A stretch of DNA of 63,153 nt, the filler included, from Octopus bimaculoides (lineage: Eukaryota), in the NCBI RefSeq assembly GCF_001194135.2. It is 8 parts of 8 records of this genome, joined end to end, with 100 filler letters (N's around TTAATTAATTAA, not from the genome) between each part and the next. Parts side by side here need not be neighbours in the genome. Positions count along the whole stretch, not along the records: positions 1 to 13,133 come from NC_068985.1; positions 13,234 to 32,727 come from NC_068990.1; 6 more parts are not named here. One strand, given 5' to 3'. This document shows, piece by piece, positions 11,881 to 28,199 of the stretch; positions within the stretch are counted from its first letter, which is position 1, and each line of letters starts with the position of its first letter. The notes beneath the pieces are model-generated. The model was not told the DNA's origin. It did not search any database and worked only from the letters and a program-made list of their open reading frames with translations. Made by a program: the position numbers and the translations under genes.

Positions 11881-12275
11881 CTCTTTTACTCTTTTACCTG
11901 TTTCAGTCATGTGACTGCGGCAATGCTGGAGCACCGCCTTTAGTCGAGCAAATCGACCCCAGGACTTATTCTTTGTAAGCCTAGTACTTATTCTATCGGT
12001 CTCTTTTGCCGAACCGCTAAGTTACGGGGACGTAAACACAGCAACATCCGTTGTCAAGCGATGTTGGGGGGACAAACACAGACACACAAACACACATATA
12101 TATACATATATACGACGGGCTTCTTTCAGTTTCCGTCTACCAAATCCACTCACAAGGCTTTGGTCGGCCCGAGGCTATAGTAGAAGACACTTGCCCAAGG
12201 TGCCACACAGTGGGACTGATCCCGGAACCATGTGGTCGGTAAGCAAGCTACTTACCACACAGCCACTCCTGCGCC
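11880..12275 (-). mobile_element. Full-length tRNA-derived SINE family B (CORE-like, resembling octopus OR-type SINEs) with RTE-like 3' tail
   Basis: Minus strand: tRNA-like head (GGCTGTGTGGTAAGTAGCTTG...GGTTCCGGGATCAGTCCC), CTTGGGCAAGTGTCTTC core, internal TA/TG repeat, tail GGCGGTGCTCCAGCATTGCCGCAGTC..TGACTGAAACAGGTAAAAGAGTAAAAGAG. Inserted in (TA)n. Confidence 0.9.
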
Positions 12276-12975
12276 TATATATATATGTGTGTGTGTGTGT
12301 GCGTGTGTGTGTGTGTGTGTGTCTGTGTGCCGACACACACACACACGTCCACTGCTTCCTTTAACTGGTTCAATCTATCTTCCTTTATCTATTTAGCTTC
12401 TAATTTTTATCATTTTCTCTCCGACTGTCTTCTCTCCAAAACCATCTACGTCCCTTAATGTACTATTCTGTCTTCTGCCTCTCGTTCTCTTTAGATGTTA
12501 CTCTCTTCCTTCCGTCTGCTCCCTTTTATATTTTCTCCAACCCATATACAACTCCCTATGTAAACCCTAACAAATTTATACATACATAAATCTTCACGCA
12601 TATTTGGCACAATTTCATGCATAACTTCACATGATTTCACGCCTGTGCTGACATGTGCCAGAACGCATACATGAGTGAGCGCGCACATACACACACATGC
12701 ACACACACACACACACACACACATAGATACACACACACATACACACACACAAACACAGAATTGACAAGCACATGTGTACAGTTGTACATACTCGCACACA
12801 AACCTCTGCACACTAAATTCTCTCTCACACGCACATATGCAGTTATGTATATACATATATATACGCAATACGGATTATATAATATACATATATATATATA
12901 CTTCATCAAGAACTACATTGGCGAACAATAGCAGCAGATTCTTCTCAGCATCTCCCAAATTACCACCATCACGAC

Positions 12976-13006
<31 letters not shown>

Positions 13007-13133
13007 GTCATCATCATCATCACTACCACTGTCATCACCAACAGGATCACTGCAAACATAAGACTCGTGAACAATATCACGACGACGACGACCACCACCA
13101 CCATCACCACCACCACCACATCACCACCACCAC

Positions 13134-13233
13134 NNNNNNNNNNNNNNNNNNNNNNNNNNNNNNNNNNNNNNNNNNNNTTAATTAATTAANNNNNNNNNNN
13201 NNNNNNNNNNNNNNNNNNNNNNNNNNNNNNNNN
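13134..13233. other. Artificial scaffold linker 44N-TTAATTAATTAA-44N (1 of 7)
   Basis: Identical 100-nt geometry also at 32728-32827, 34835-34934, 49334-49433, 56701-56800, 58971-59070 and 60634-60733. The 12-mer puts TAA stops in all six frames. Confidence 0.97.
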
Positions 13234-13359
13234 TATATATATATATAAATCAAAGGTAAAAAAACACAGCAAAGAAAAATCGTCAAAACATAAAAAGCAA
13301 GAAATGGACGATATATATATATGTTGTAGTTCTTGTATGTGTGTGTGGATATATATATA

Positions 13360-13745
13360 TATATATGTATTTGTGTCTTTGTTTGCACCCCTACTATCGC
13401 TTGACAGCCGGTGTTGCTGTATTTACGTCCCGCTAACTTAACGGTTCGACAACAGAAACAGATAGAGGAAGTACTAGGCTTACAAAGGATAAGTCCTGGG
13501 TCAATATATTCGACTAAAGGCGGTGCTCCAGTATGGCCGCAGTCAAATGACTAAAACAAGTAAAATAATAAAGAATTATATATATACATACAAGAGTGGC
13601 TGTGTAGTAAGAAGCTTGCTTCCCAACCACATGGTTTCGGGTTCAGTCCCACTGTATGGCACCTTCTACTATAGCCACAAGCCGACCAAAGCCTTGTGAG
13701 TGGATTTGATGGACGGAAACTGAAAGAAGCCCGTCGTATATATAT
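13360..13745 (+). mobile_element. SINE family B fragments, tail half followed by head half
   Basis: 13360-13575 is the tail (GTCCCGCTAACTTAACGGTTCG...GGCGGTGCTCCAGTATGGCCGCAGTC). 13590-13745 is the head (GGCTGTGTAGTAAGAAGC...GGGTTCAGTCCC...GAAGCCCGTCG). Confidence 0.85.
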
Positions 13746-13854
13746 ATATGTGCGTATGTATGTGTGTGTGACTGTATGTGCATGTACGTATGTGTGTGTG
13801 TGTATGTATGTATATATGTGTGTATGTAGTACAAGTAGAAAGATACATTTTCAA

Positions 13855-13961
13855 CGTGTAAATACTGATAGAAAAGCTTTTATATAGGATAAAATTCTTA
13901 CAGAGCAGAAAAATCTGTAAGGATTTTGTCCTATATATGGTGTTCTATCAGTATTTACGCG
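13855..13961 (+). other. 107-nt imperfect hairpin (pre-miRNA-like or foldback MITE relic)
   Basis: Arms 13855-13904 and 13914-13961, 9-nt loop GCAGAAAAA, one internal loop. Three stem mismatches are G-U pairs on the + strand. Confidence 0.6.
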
Positions 13962-14251
13962 CATAAAAATATATTTTTCTGCTTGTACTACAATACATTT
14001 CAGCACTTAAAAAAACAAGCTTATATTTGTTTACATACGACGTAATTTATATATATATGCATTTGTGTGGCTGTGTTTGTTCCCCCATCATCACTTAACA
14101 ACCAATGTTGGTGAGTTTACGTCCCCGTAACATAGCGGTTCGGCCACCGCAATTGCCAGTTCACGTAATTTCACCCTGCTATGGGTTCCTCAGTGACAGA
14201 TGTCAAGCAGCAAGCGATAGCAAACGAATTTCACATCAACGATAAAGGAAA

Positions 14252-14333
<82 letters not shown>

Positions 14334-14934
14334 ATCATTTTGGGTGGAAAATTTACATACAGAGTGTTGTATATTTTCTAGCCAAAATAGACGGCTGAGT
14401 ATACACACGTTTAACGTGTTTGTAATATCATAGTTTTAGCCAATTTTGCTATGAGTATCTGAATGAAATAATATATACTTTACAACCTGTATTGAGTGAT
14501 ATTTCTTCAGCTCCTTACAATTAGCACGCGTACACACACACACACACACACACACGCACGCACATACACACACGCTCGCACGCACACACACAAACATGCG
14601 TATTGTATTGGGCGCGTAGTTTAGAATATTTATTTGTTTCGATTCTAAGCGAATCTGATTGCAACGTAATAGTTAATCAGCTGATACAGGTATTATATAC
14701 GCTGAGGAAAGGAGAAAATATAGGAGTTGCGTTGTGGGCATACTTATTTGGATCAACCTGTAACCAAATATTCTTTGGCTTATTCCGTTTTGGCCTGTAC
14801 ACGGTGGTACCAAAACTGATATAAATTCATGTTAACAGGTCACTAATTACACCCCATTGTAATCACATGTGAACAACAGAAAAGGAGAGATGTACCAGGC
14901 AGACGTACACATATATATATACATCTATATACAT

Positions 14935-14983
<49 letters not shown>

Positions 14984-15264
14984 CTTATATATACATATAC
15001 ATCTATATATATATATATATGCACATATATATATACATATATATATGTATATAGATATGCATATATATNNNNNNNNNNNNNNNNNNNNNNNNNNNNNNNN
15101 NNNNNNNNNNNNNNNATAATCAAGTAATACCAGGCAGACGTACATCTATATATATATGCATACATACGCACATAAATACATACATACATGTATGTATGTA
15201 TATGTATATATAATAATCAAGTAATAATCAGAGGAAAGCAGGAGATAATAGAAATATAGTTTGG

Positions 15265-15720
15265 GATAAGAATAGTGATTGCGCAACAGGTAAATTATGC
15301 CTGCTAAAATTAAATTCCAGAATTAAAGATCCGGCTTATAGGCGTAAAGTAATTTCAGAAGGACAGTTATATTTCTACATAAATACTTGTTCGACTTTCA
15401 TTAAACAAAGAAAAGCTAATCACGAACTATCGTTTAGGGATAAAAGTAAGAAAAATAATACGATTCTAAGTAAATTAATTTGATCACTAAAAGATAAGAA
15501 TAAAGCATACACAATTTGCTGGGAGATAATTAGTAAAGCTAAAGCGTATTACAGAAGATGCACACGTGATTTGTGTGTCGAAGAAATTTACCAAATTCTT
15601 AACTTAAAAATTGATATCGATAAACCATAGACAAGAAAGTGTGTCCAGATGTGTTCATGCATCTAAGCATACCGTTAAGAAATTTAAGTAGAGGCATTAC
15701 AAGGAGTACTAAAATTAAAA
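15265..15720 (+). mobile_element. Penelope-like element 3' relic (GIY-YIG domain)
   Basis: One frame reads AYRRKVISEGQLYFYINTCSTFIKQRKANHELSFRDKSKKNNTILSKLI*SLKDKNKAYTICWEIISKAKAYYRRCTRDLCVEEIYQIL, matching the PLE pattern YIG..T.FK.R..NH..SF...T.LSK.IW.LK...I.W.I...CxLC. Confidence 0.8.
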
Positions 15721-16453
15721 AATTAAGATTAAGTAAATTATAACAAATAACGAACTTGAATTAATTACAAAATTAATTAATAATAATAAAACAAAAATAA
15801 AACTATAGAAAAATTCTTAAAGAGTTGAAAACGCATTTTAAGTTAAATAAAATTAACTATAAGCAAGATATTAAATTAATTTCAACATAACAAGAAAATT
15901 ATAGACCCTGAGATTAATAATTATAAAACAATAACAAACGAAAAAGTAATTGAATACCTTTAGGAAAAAATACGAATATTTTTCTATATTAGCAGAATCG
16001 TTTCCTAGAATATGAATTATTAGAATACAGGAACATTGACCAACTTTGAGACCAAATAACAATAGATTCCTAACTAAGAAAGGTCAAGAGATATTTGACT
16101 ATTTATAGTAACGCTAATACCTCATAAGGGAATAATTTTGGTCAATCTCACAGTCTCTAAAGAGAATATCTGAACAGCAGTAATAAACGACTGTGATGAT
16201 GTTTCACCGATGTTTAACACCAAGATGCACACTTAACAGTATGCAGCGGTTTTCAGCAGAAACGCGCGTAGGTCTAACGATGTAAATAATTGTATAATAA
16301 AACTTGGATGTTCCAATCTCCGTTCTCCTGGTCTTCATTATTTTCTCTAAGGAAACTATGCAGTCCTTATAAGGACATTCGGAGTTATCAAGCAAGGATT
16401 AATACAAAATATATAATTTTCCCCTTTAAATATAAATACATTCATTATATTAA

Positions 16454-17225
16454 GGGCTATTACTACACGTAAATGCCTCACGCCGTTATGGGACTCTGAA
16501 GTCAAACTACGTTAATGAATATACACGGCACCGAAAGCAGGGGTATGCAACTTAGAAGCTACCTCTTAAAAACAGATTTAGCCGCAGATCATTAATGATT
16601 TCATGGTTAGCGTACATAATACACTTTCCAATCATCGGTGCAAACATAATCAGAACACATAAAAATGAACATCTGTACATACCAAGCGAACAACAAACGT
16701 ATCCAGCATAGCATATACAAATGCTTACACTTATATATCCATCTAAAAGGCGGGCTTCTCAAATTACATCTCGGTACACATGTATAGTCGGTTTTTCACG
16801 CTGGCTACTTGATAAATTCTTATATTGATTTTAACCTTATATATTATTTGAAATTATAGCAATATAGTCAGTGCTGAATTATTCCGACTATACACGTGCA
16901 CCTAGATGTAATTTGAGAAGCGCGCCTTTTACATGGATAAATGAGTGTGAGCATTTGTATATGCTATGTTGGATACGTTTGCTGTTCGCTTGGTATGTAC
17001 AGATGTTCATTTTTATGTGTTCTGATTATGTTTGCACTGATGGCTGGGAAGTGTATTATGTACGCTAACCATGAAATCATTAATAATATGCGACTAAATC
17101 TGTTTTTAAGAGGTAGCTTCCAAGTTGCATACCCCTGCTTTCGGTGCCGTGTATATTCATTAAAGTAAGTACTTTGACTTCAGAGTCCCATAACAGCGTG
17201 AGGCATTTACATGTAGTAATAACAC
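16454..17225. mobile_element. 772-bp foldback non-autonomous DNA transposon, TTAA TSD, Kolobok-like
   Basis: Arms about 16454-16791 and 16884-17225 are reverse complements (roughly 90% identical by eye), with a 92-bp spacer. TTAA at 16450-16453 and 17226-17229. 5' terminus GGG (RR), not the CC typical of piggyBac. Confidence 0.85.
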
Positions 17226-17364
17226 TTAATATAATGTGTGTGTGTATATATATATATATAGTTCAAAACAGAAAAACGACAAAAAAAACAACAACAAAAA
17301 ACGACAACGCGAGGACGTGATACAGATTGTGTTACTGGACGCTCGGGAAAGGAAAGAAAGAGAA

Positions 17365-17495
17365 TTTGACATTTCGAGCGGAGCTCTTCGTCGGAAACAT
17401 AGGAAAGTCCAAAGAAGGGAGGACNNNNNNNNNNTTTGACATTTCGAGCGGAGCTCTTCGTCGGAAACATAGGAAAGTCCAAAGAAGGGAGGACG
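17365..17495 (-). mobile_element. Penelope-type terminal fragment with a degenerate hammerhead motif, present twice around a 10-N gap
   Basis: Minus strand TTT-CCGACGA-A-GAGC-TCC-GCTC-GAAA-TGTC-AAA, which is a CUGACGA/GAAACGUC core with two substitutions and an intact stem II. Confidence 0.6.
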
Positions 17496-17600
17496 GGGGA
17501 AGAAAAAATCGCCAACGATATCCACGAGGTTACATTGTGGAATATATATATATATACACACACACACACACGCATACATATATATTCAAACACACACACT

Positions 17601-17634
<34 letters not shown>

Positions 17635-17689
17635 CACCCATATATATATATATATACATACACCTAAACCGTACTCAAAGGCAGGATGC

Positions 17690-18130
17690 TCATGGAGGAT
17701 TAGCAGTGACTGTTAACAGTATAGTCGTTGCAACTGTAAGACCGTGAACCATGAGGCTGAGGTGGTGTCCAGCAGCAATACCAGTAGCAGCAGTAATGGC
17801 AGCGATAACAGTATCTGCACCAGTAGCATAAAGACATATACACAGAAACATGTTGGAGCAACGGTGGGCCCCTTTATGTGATGTCGAAAGTGTGCAGGTC
17901 CTCCTTTAGAATCTCAAGGTAGCGCAACTTTACGTCTTTGACCAGCTCTATATGCCGTTTAAAAGAAGAGGATAAAAGATCAAATGGAAGCTCCTGGAAA
18001 ATTCTGGATGGGTGCAGACAATGCGAACTTTGCTTGGCTCAGAGAGCAAGGATCCTAAAGAATTCGCTTGACCCAGGGACCTTCTTAAACTCCAAAAGTT
18101 AAATGGCTCGTGAGAGGAAATATGTGTTGG
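17690..18130 (+). mobile_element. Penelope-like element GIY-YIG relic
   Basis: RCNCK..., HVGATVGPF (YIGxT-like), SFRISR*RNFTSLTSSICRLKEED...WKILDGCRQCELCLAQRARILK...FLN. Confidence 0.7.
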
Positions 18131-18499
18131 AGACATGGAATTTTCCGCTTGCATATACTAATCGTTTTTCAATGCGATTGAAAGAAGTCGAAGAGAGATA
18201 ACTCCAACTCATCCACAAGGTTGTCACTTAGTAGAACTTCGTTTCGTTTTTTTTTTTTTTTACCACGACTCTGATCGAGCAAGACTGCTTTCTATCTCCA
18301 GTAGAACAGAGGTTATGTGCCTCCAACTAGGTTTCATGAGTCACTTATATAGCTAAGAACATAATAGGAGCGAGACCAACAGTAACACCATGACCAGCCA
18401 TAACTAATACCTGCAATACACACACACACACACACACACATTGTGATGGTTTTTGATAAGAAGCGTTGATTTTTGCAATTCTGTAAATAATAATAATAA

Positions 18500-18705
18500 T
18501 CATTTCTGCTATAGGCACAAGGCCTGAAATTTTGAGGGAAGGCTTAAATCGATTACATCGACCCCAGAACTCAACTGGTACTTAATTTATCGGCGCGAAA
18601 GGATAAAACGCAAAGTCGATCTCGGCGGAATTTGAACTCAAAACGTATCGACGGGTGAAATACCGCTGAACATTCCGTCCAGCGTGCTAACGATTCTGCC
18701 ATCAA
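18500..18705 (-). mobile_element. SINE family A copy
   Basis: ATAGGCACAAGGCCTGAAATTT...GTCGATCTCGGCGGAATTTGAACTC...GCTAACGATTCTGCCA. Confidence 0.85.
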
Positions 18706-18999
18706 ATACACTTACTCATCCATCAACATACCAACACATAACACTTATTTGCACGCGTTTATCTACAGCCATTCAGACATGAACATAAAGAAATAACCGA
18801 TTACATGTTTTTCATTCAACTATTATCTTTTAGAATGAGGATGAATATTTTGGTGTGGGTCATAGAATGGTTTAGTAATAATAAAATTTCGGTAACTTAA
18901 GAAAGTATTCATGTAGGTCCTTCTATGTGATGGAATCTGGCAGTTTCCCCCCACGCCCAACCCCGAAAAAAAATTGTGCTTGTTAAAACTATTGCTTTA

Positions 19000-19824
19000 A
19001 ATGATATGTTAAAGCTGTATAGTTTCTATGTTTGTAGTGATTTATATAAGCATGTGAAAGTAGTTGTTTATTTAAGCGTGTTGATGTAGTTGTTTCAGAT
19101 TCCTTATGTAGGTTTGGAGTATTAAGTAGGATTATCTGCATGGATAGTTCAACTGCATATAACTTTCAGCGTTTGTTGATGCCTAAATAAGTGACTGCTT
19201 TTCTTAATGTTCTGTCTTATATTGTAAGAGATGTTTTTGATTTTTAAAGCCCCTAATGTAGCTTGATGACGTCGTATCGCATTTTCAATTTGGGTTTGAA
19301 GAGTATAGTTGTGCTGATAATAGCGTAGTTTAAGAGTATTAGAATTTAAAACTATAAAAGTTCGTATTGCTGATGAAGTAACGTGGAGCAGATTTGCTTG
19401 TGACAGACAGCTGAAATTAACTGACTGTGTATCCAAATTGTAGTAGTTGCCTTTGTTTGTGCTTGCTTGTGTGTCGGGTTTATTCAATTTTAAAAAAGCT
19501 GAAGCCAGTGGGAAATTTGGAAATGGTTGAATAAAAGTGTTCAATAGCGTTTCTGGTTAAAATTTAACTGTAATTATGTTGTTGTGTGAACTGTTTCTTA
19601 ATTATCTAAGTGGAAACTGCTGGGTTAAAAGGTGGTATGAACCAAGTAATGTTTCTATTTCTATTTCTCATTCTATTGTTGGACTGACGCTGCAGTTCTT
19701 TTATATCATTTATCTTCTCTGCAAAATTACTTCGTGATAGGGCTTCATCGTTGTATGTAGCTGTTTCAGTGAAGATAGGTTTGTTAGCTGAATTGAGTCT
19801 ACACGATGCAATGTAATAAAACAT
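19000..19824 (-). mobile_element. Penelope-like element thumb/linker/GIY-YIG part
   Basis: RLNSANKPIFTETATYNDEALSRSNF...RNRNRNITWFIPPFN (PLE RxRxIxWFNPPF motif), then LNSNTLKLRYYQH...ALKIKNISYNIRQNI. Confidence 0.8.
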
Positions 19825-19834
19825 TGAATATCGT

Positions 19835-20400
19835 AAAGTGCTTTGGATCTACCCCAAACAAAATATTTACGAATTTTTGCAGCTAGACATCAAAAATCAC
19901 TATGCGTTTATCTCCGCTGATTTGGTTTTCAATTACGTTAGTTCCACTACCACCTTTACTGACGAAGAAGTGAAGATCATTCTACACGCACGGAAAGATC
20001 TCCTAATCTTCGATAACACCATCTGAATTAAAAAAAAACATTCAAACATGCTTTTCAAAGTGAGTACGAACACATTGAGATAAGCGATTTAGTCAGCTTA
20101 TACTTACTGTCAAATTTATATTTTAAATCTGTTCTCTAAGAAGGATTGTTTCCTATTACTTAGAAGCTTCAACCAACGTGCAGCAGATGGGTGAAAGAAA
20201 ATCTACAAACATACTTTTAAAACTACGGAATTTCAATTACCGCTTCTACAGTCAACGTCTCAGATGTTACACTTAATCATAAAAACGCACTGCACTTTCC
20301 TTTGCGTAAAACATGTATAAAATTTAGTTTACAATAACTAAAACCGCCCTGTAGATAGTAACTTCTAAAATAGACCTAAACTCTTAGTCGACAATCATAT
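19835..20400 (+). mobile_element. Penelope-like RT part, inverted relative to its 3' part
   Basis: FLQLDIKNHYAFIS...DEEVKIILHARKDLLIFDNTI*IKK (FDIxxFYPSI...IIxHARKSLLF...WxKK), EISDLVSLYLLSNL (GAEICELVGLYLL-like), ITASTVNVSDVTLN (VNFLDVTLN-like). Confidence 0.75.
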
Positions 20401-21512
20401 TTTCTCGAAAGCTTTCACATGCAACAATAAAGCCCTACTGAGGCCCAGATTTGCTGAAAATATTGTATACTTCGTAGGTGTATACCAAATGGTATTTTGA
20501 AACCATTTAACGCATACGTTAGATACTAGACGCTTAAATACAGTTTGATGCGAACTTGGAGCGAGAAATGCTTGCATTTTGTGTGCTTGGGTTCGCCATG
20601 AAATTGGAGAACTAAAACGAACATTATCAACACCTCATGCTTTTTTTAATTTTAAAAAGCAAGAAAGTGACGGAAACCTGCAGTTAGATATGCACTGAAA
20701 ACTTAATGGTTGTTGAAAGCTTTTGATTCAAGATGCACCTCGCTCTGGCTAGCCAATGTCCAGCATAATCGCAGATATTCCCCAAATATCCAAATCACGT
20801 GCTGAAAACCATTCACATCAACTTGATAACATTAGCAGGCTTAATGATTGGATCCTATATCCACTAAAAGAGGTTAACTTCGCCCAGCGGATTTCCGTCT
20901 GCGATTCGTCACAGAAACGTGAAGAAAACGATCCTCTGTCTTCCATTTTTTTTTAAAGAGAATAGTGGCAGTGGACGAAAAATGTGAGGTGCAAACTATT
21001 ATGAAGGAAGCACGGCGAACCACCAAAGCATTTGGTGCGACTGGAAGGGTACCGTCATTTATAAGCTCTTTCCCACTGTCAGGGTCATCAATTCCAATGT
21101 GTACTGTGACCAGCTAGACATAGTAAACTTGGTGATCCACCAGAATCGTCCAGCACTTGCTAATTGTAAGGGTATTGTCTTTCATCGCAACAGTGCCAGG
21201 TCACAAACTCCTTTGCAGACGTAGCAGAAGTTACAGGGGCATGGCTGGTGAGTTTTCCCACAACCTTCCTATTTTCCTGACTTCACACCTTCAGATTTCT
21301 AACTGTTTGAGTATCTTTGAAATTCAAGCTTGAAGAGACTGTAAACACTCAGCTGGGAGAGTTTTTCGTCAATAAAGACATAAAATTCTTTGAGCAAGGA
21401 ATAATGGATCTGCCTATAAGATGACATAAGATGCTAGGATGAATTGTTTCGTGTTTAAAACTTGTGTCTTATTTTTGCTTAAAAAGCTGGCTGAACTTTT
21501 TGGCCAACCTAA
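20400..21512 (+). mobile_element. Decayed, internally deleted mariner (Tc1/mariner DD34D) transposon
   Basis: MKLEN*NEHYQHLMLFF from about 20598; ISKSRAENHSHQL...WILYPLKEVNFAQRISVCDS...ENDP (WVPHEL region); WCDWKG; FHRNSARS (HDNARPH-like); PSYFPDFTPSDF (YSPDLAPSDY-like). Right TIR ...CTTTTTGGCCAACCTAA followed by TA at 21513. Left TIR not found. Confidence 0.85.
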
Positions 21513-21516
21513 TATC

Positions 21517-21561
<45 letters not shown>

Positions 21562-21929
21562 NNNNNNNNNNTATATATATACACACGCACACACACACAC
21601 ATATATATATGTATATATGTGTGTGTGTGTTTGTGAGTGTACATGTAATATAAATTCCTCTACGTGACTGCATACTCTTCTAGAAATAGTATAGCACCTC
21701 ACTGTTATAAAAAAAAAGAGACACACAGACGCATACATAAGCATATACATAAAAAAAAAGAAAGTATGGTTCACTTTATATTTCTCATCTTAATCTATGA
21801 AATAGTTAATTTTTTTTTCTTTCCTGAAGAATCTCCACCTTATAACGCTATAGATACTCCTCTCTTTAAATTAACAAACTCACACTTACCCTCTTTTCTC
21901 TATATTTCTTCCCAATAAGATGACTTAAA

Positions 21930-22860
21930 ATATTTTTTTCTCTCTCCCTCTCCACTCATACTCATCTCATAACAGTCTACGCTCTACTCCACATTCTAAC
22001 TTCACTCATTATGCTCTTGACCATCCATTACACTAAATATCTCTCTAGAAATCTACATTTTTTGCTTTACGTTCCTGCACTCAACTTATATTATTTCTCT
22101 CTCTCTCCCTCCCTCTCCTTCTCTCTCTCTCCCTCCCTCTCCTTCTCTCTCTCTCCCTTTCTCTTTCCTCTTTATTTCTTTCACCCCCTTTTATCTTCTT
22201 CTCACAGTCTATCATTCCTTCTCTTTCTCTTCTATTCTTTTTCCTTCTCATCATCTTATTCTCTTCCTACTCTCACTCAGTCACAATCATTCTTCCCTTC
22301 TTCACCTCCATCTATTTGGTCTCTCTCCACCAATCTTCCCTGCTCTTCTTTTACTGTTTTTCTTTCATATTCTTTCAATTTTTCTTTCCATTTTCAAACC
22401 CTTTAACCTCATCCTCTCCATTTCTCTGTATCTCTTCGTTTGTTACTCTATCACTGATTCTTTTCTATCATTTCTCTCTCACTGTGTCTGTCACTATGTA
22501 TATATGTATCTACGTGCATATGTATGTATGCATCTAGCTATCTATCTAATTACCTATCTATCTATCTATCTATCTATCCATCTATCTATCTATCTAGCTC
22601 CATCTTACATGTTCTCTCCTCTTTTTCTGCTTCATTTTCCCTGAAACACTCACCCTCTCCCTCACAGTTTCTATCCTATATTTCTCTCTATCATTTTTAC
22701 TATCACTCTCCATCCTAGTCTCTCTCACTCTCTCTTCCTCACACTACCTCTTACAATTCCCTTCCTCTCCTTCTCTCTTTCTAACGCTACTGCCCACTAA
22801 TCTTTTTTTTCTTTTCTAATCAGCAATTTCCCATAAATTTCTTTCAGTATTTCTCTCCTA
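21930..22860. repeat. About 0.9-kb pyrimidine-rich (CT/CTT/CTAT) low-complexity tract
   Basis: Direct reading; strongly C/T biased on the + strand. Confidence 0.9.
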
Positions 22861-22869
22861 ACATACAAT

Positions 22870-27860
<4,991 letters not shown>

Positions 27861-28199
27861 TCTTAATAATAATTAGTATAATGAGTCTCTATCAGTCCTT
27901 CTCCTCCTTGTCCTCGTCGTCATCATCCTCATCCTCATCATCATCGTCGTCATCATCATCCTCATCATCAACAGTCACTATACCACCAGTGAAAACAATA
28001 AGGAGCCCTCTATGTGGTCACTTAATCTTAAGAAAATAGCAGTGAAATCTCTGTTGAATTACACACTGCGTTCTTAAATTGAGGAAGGTATTTTGGGAAA
28101 TGTAGTCCCTTGATACACAATAGGACAGGATGGTCATGGATAGAGCACTACTGATCATTGTTGATTTAGTACTGAACAACAAGAGCAGCGTTCCTTGAA

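Noticed and set aside
13178-13189. TTAATTAATTAA as a recurring biological (homeobox-like) motif
   Set aside because: It is always centred in exactly 44+44 Ns and is a synthetic linker.
13860-13880. AAUACUG (miR-8/miR-200 seed) in the hairpin 5' arm
   Set aside because: The rest of the sequence does not resemble miR-8 and the arm position differs. A 7-mer match is expected by chance.
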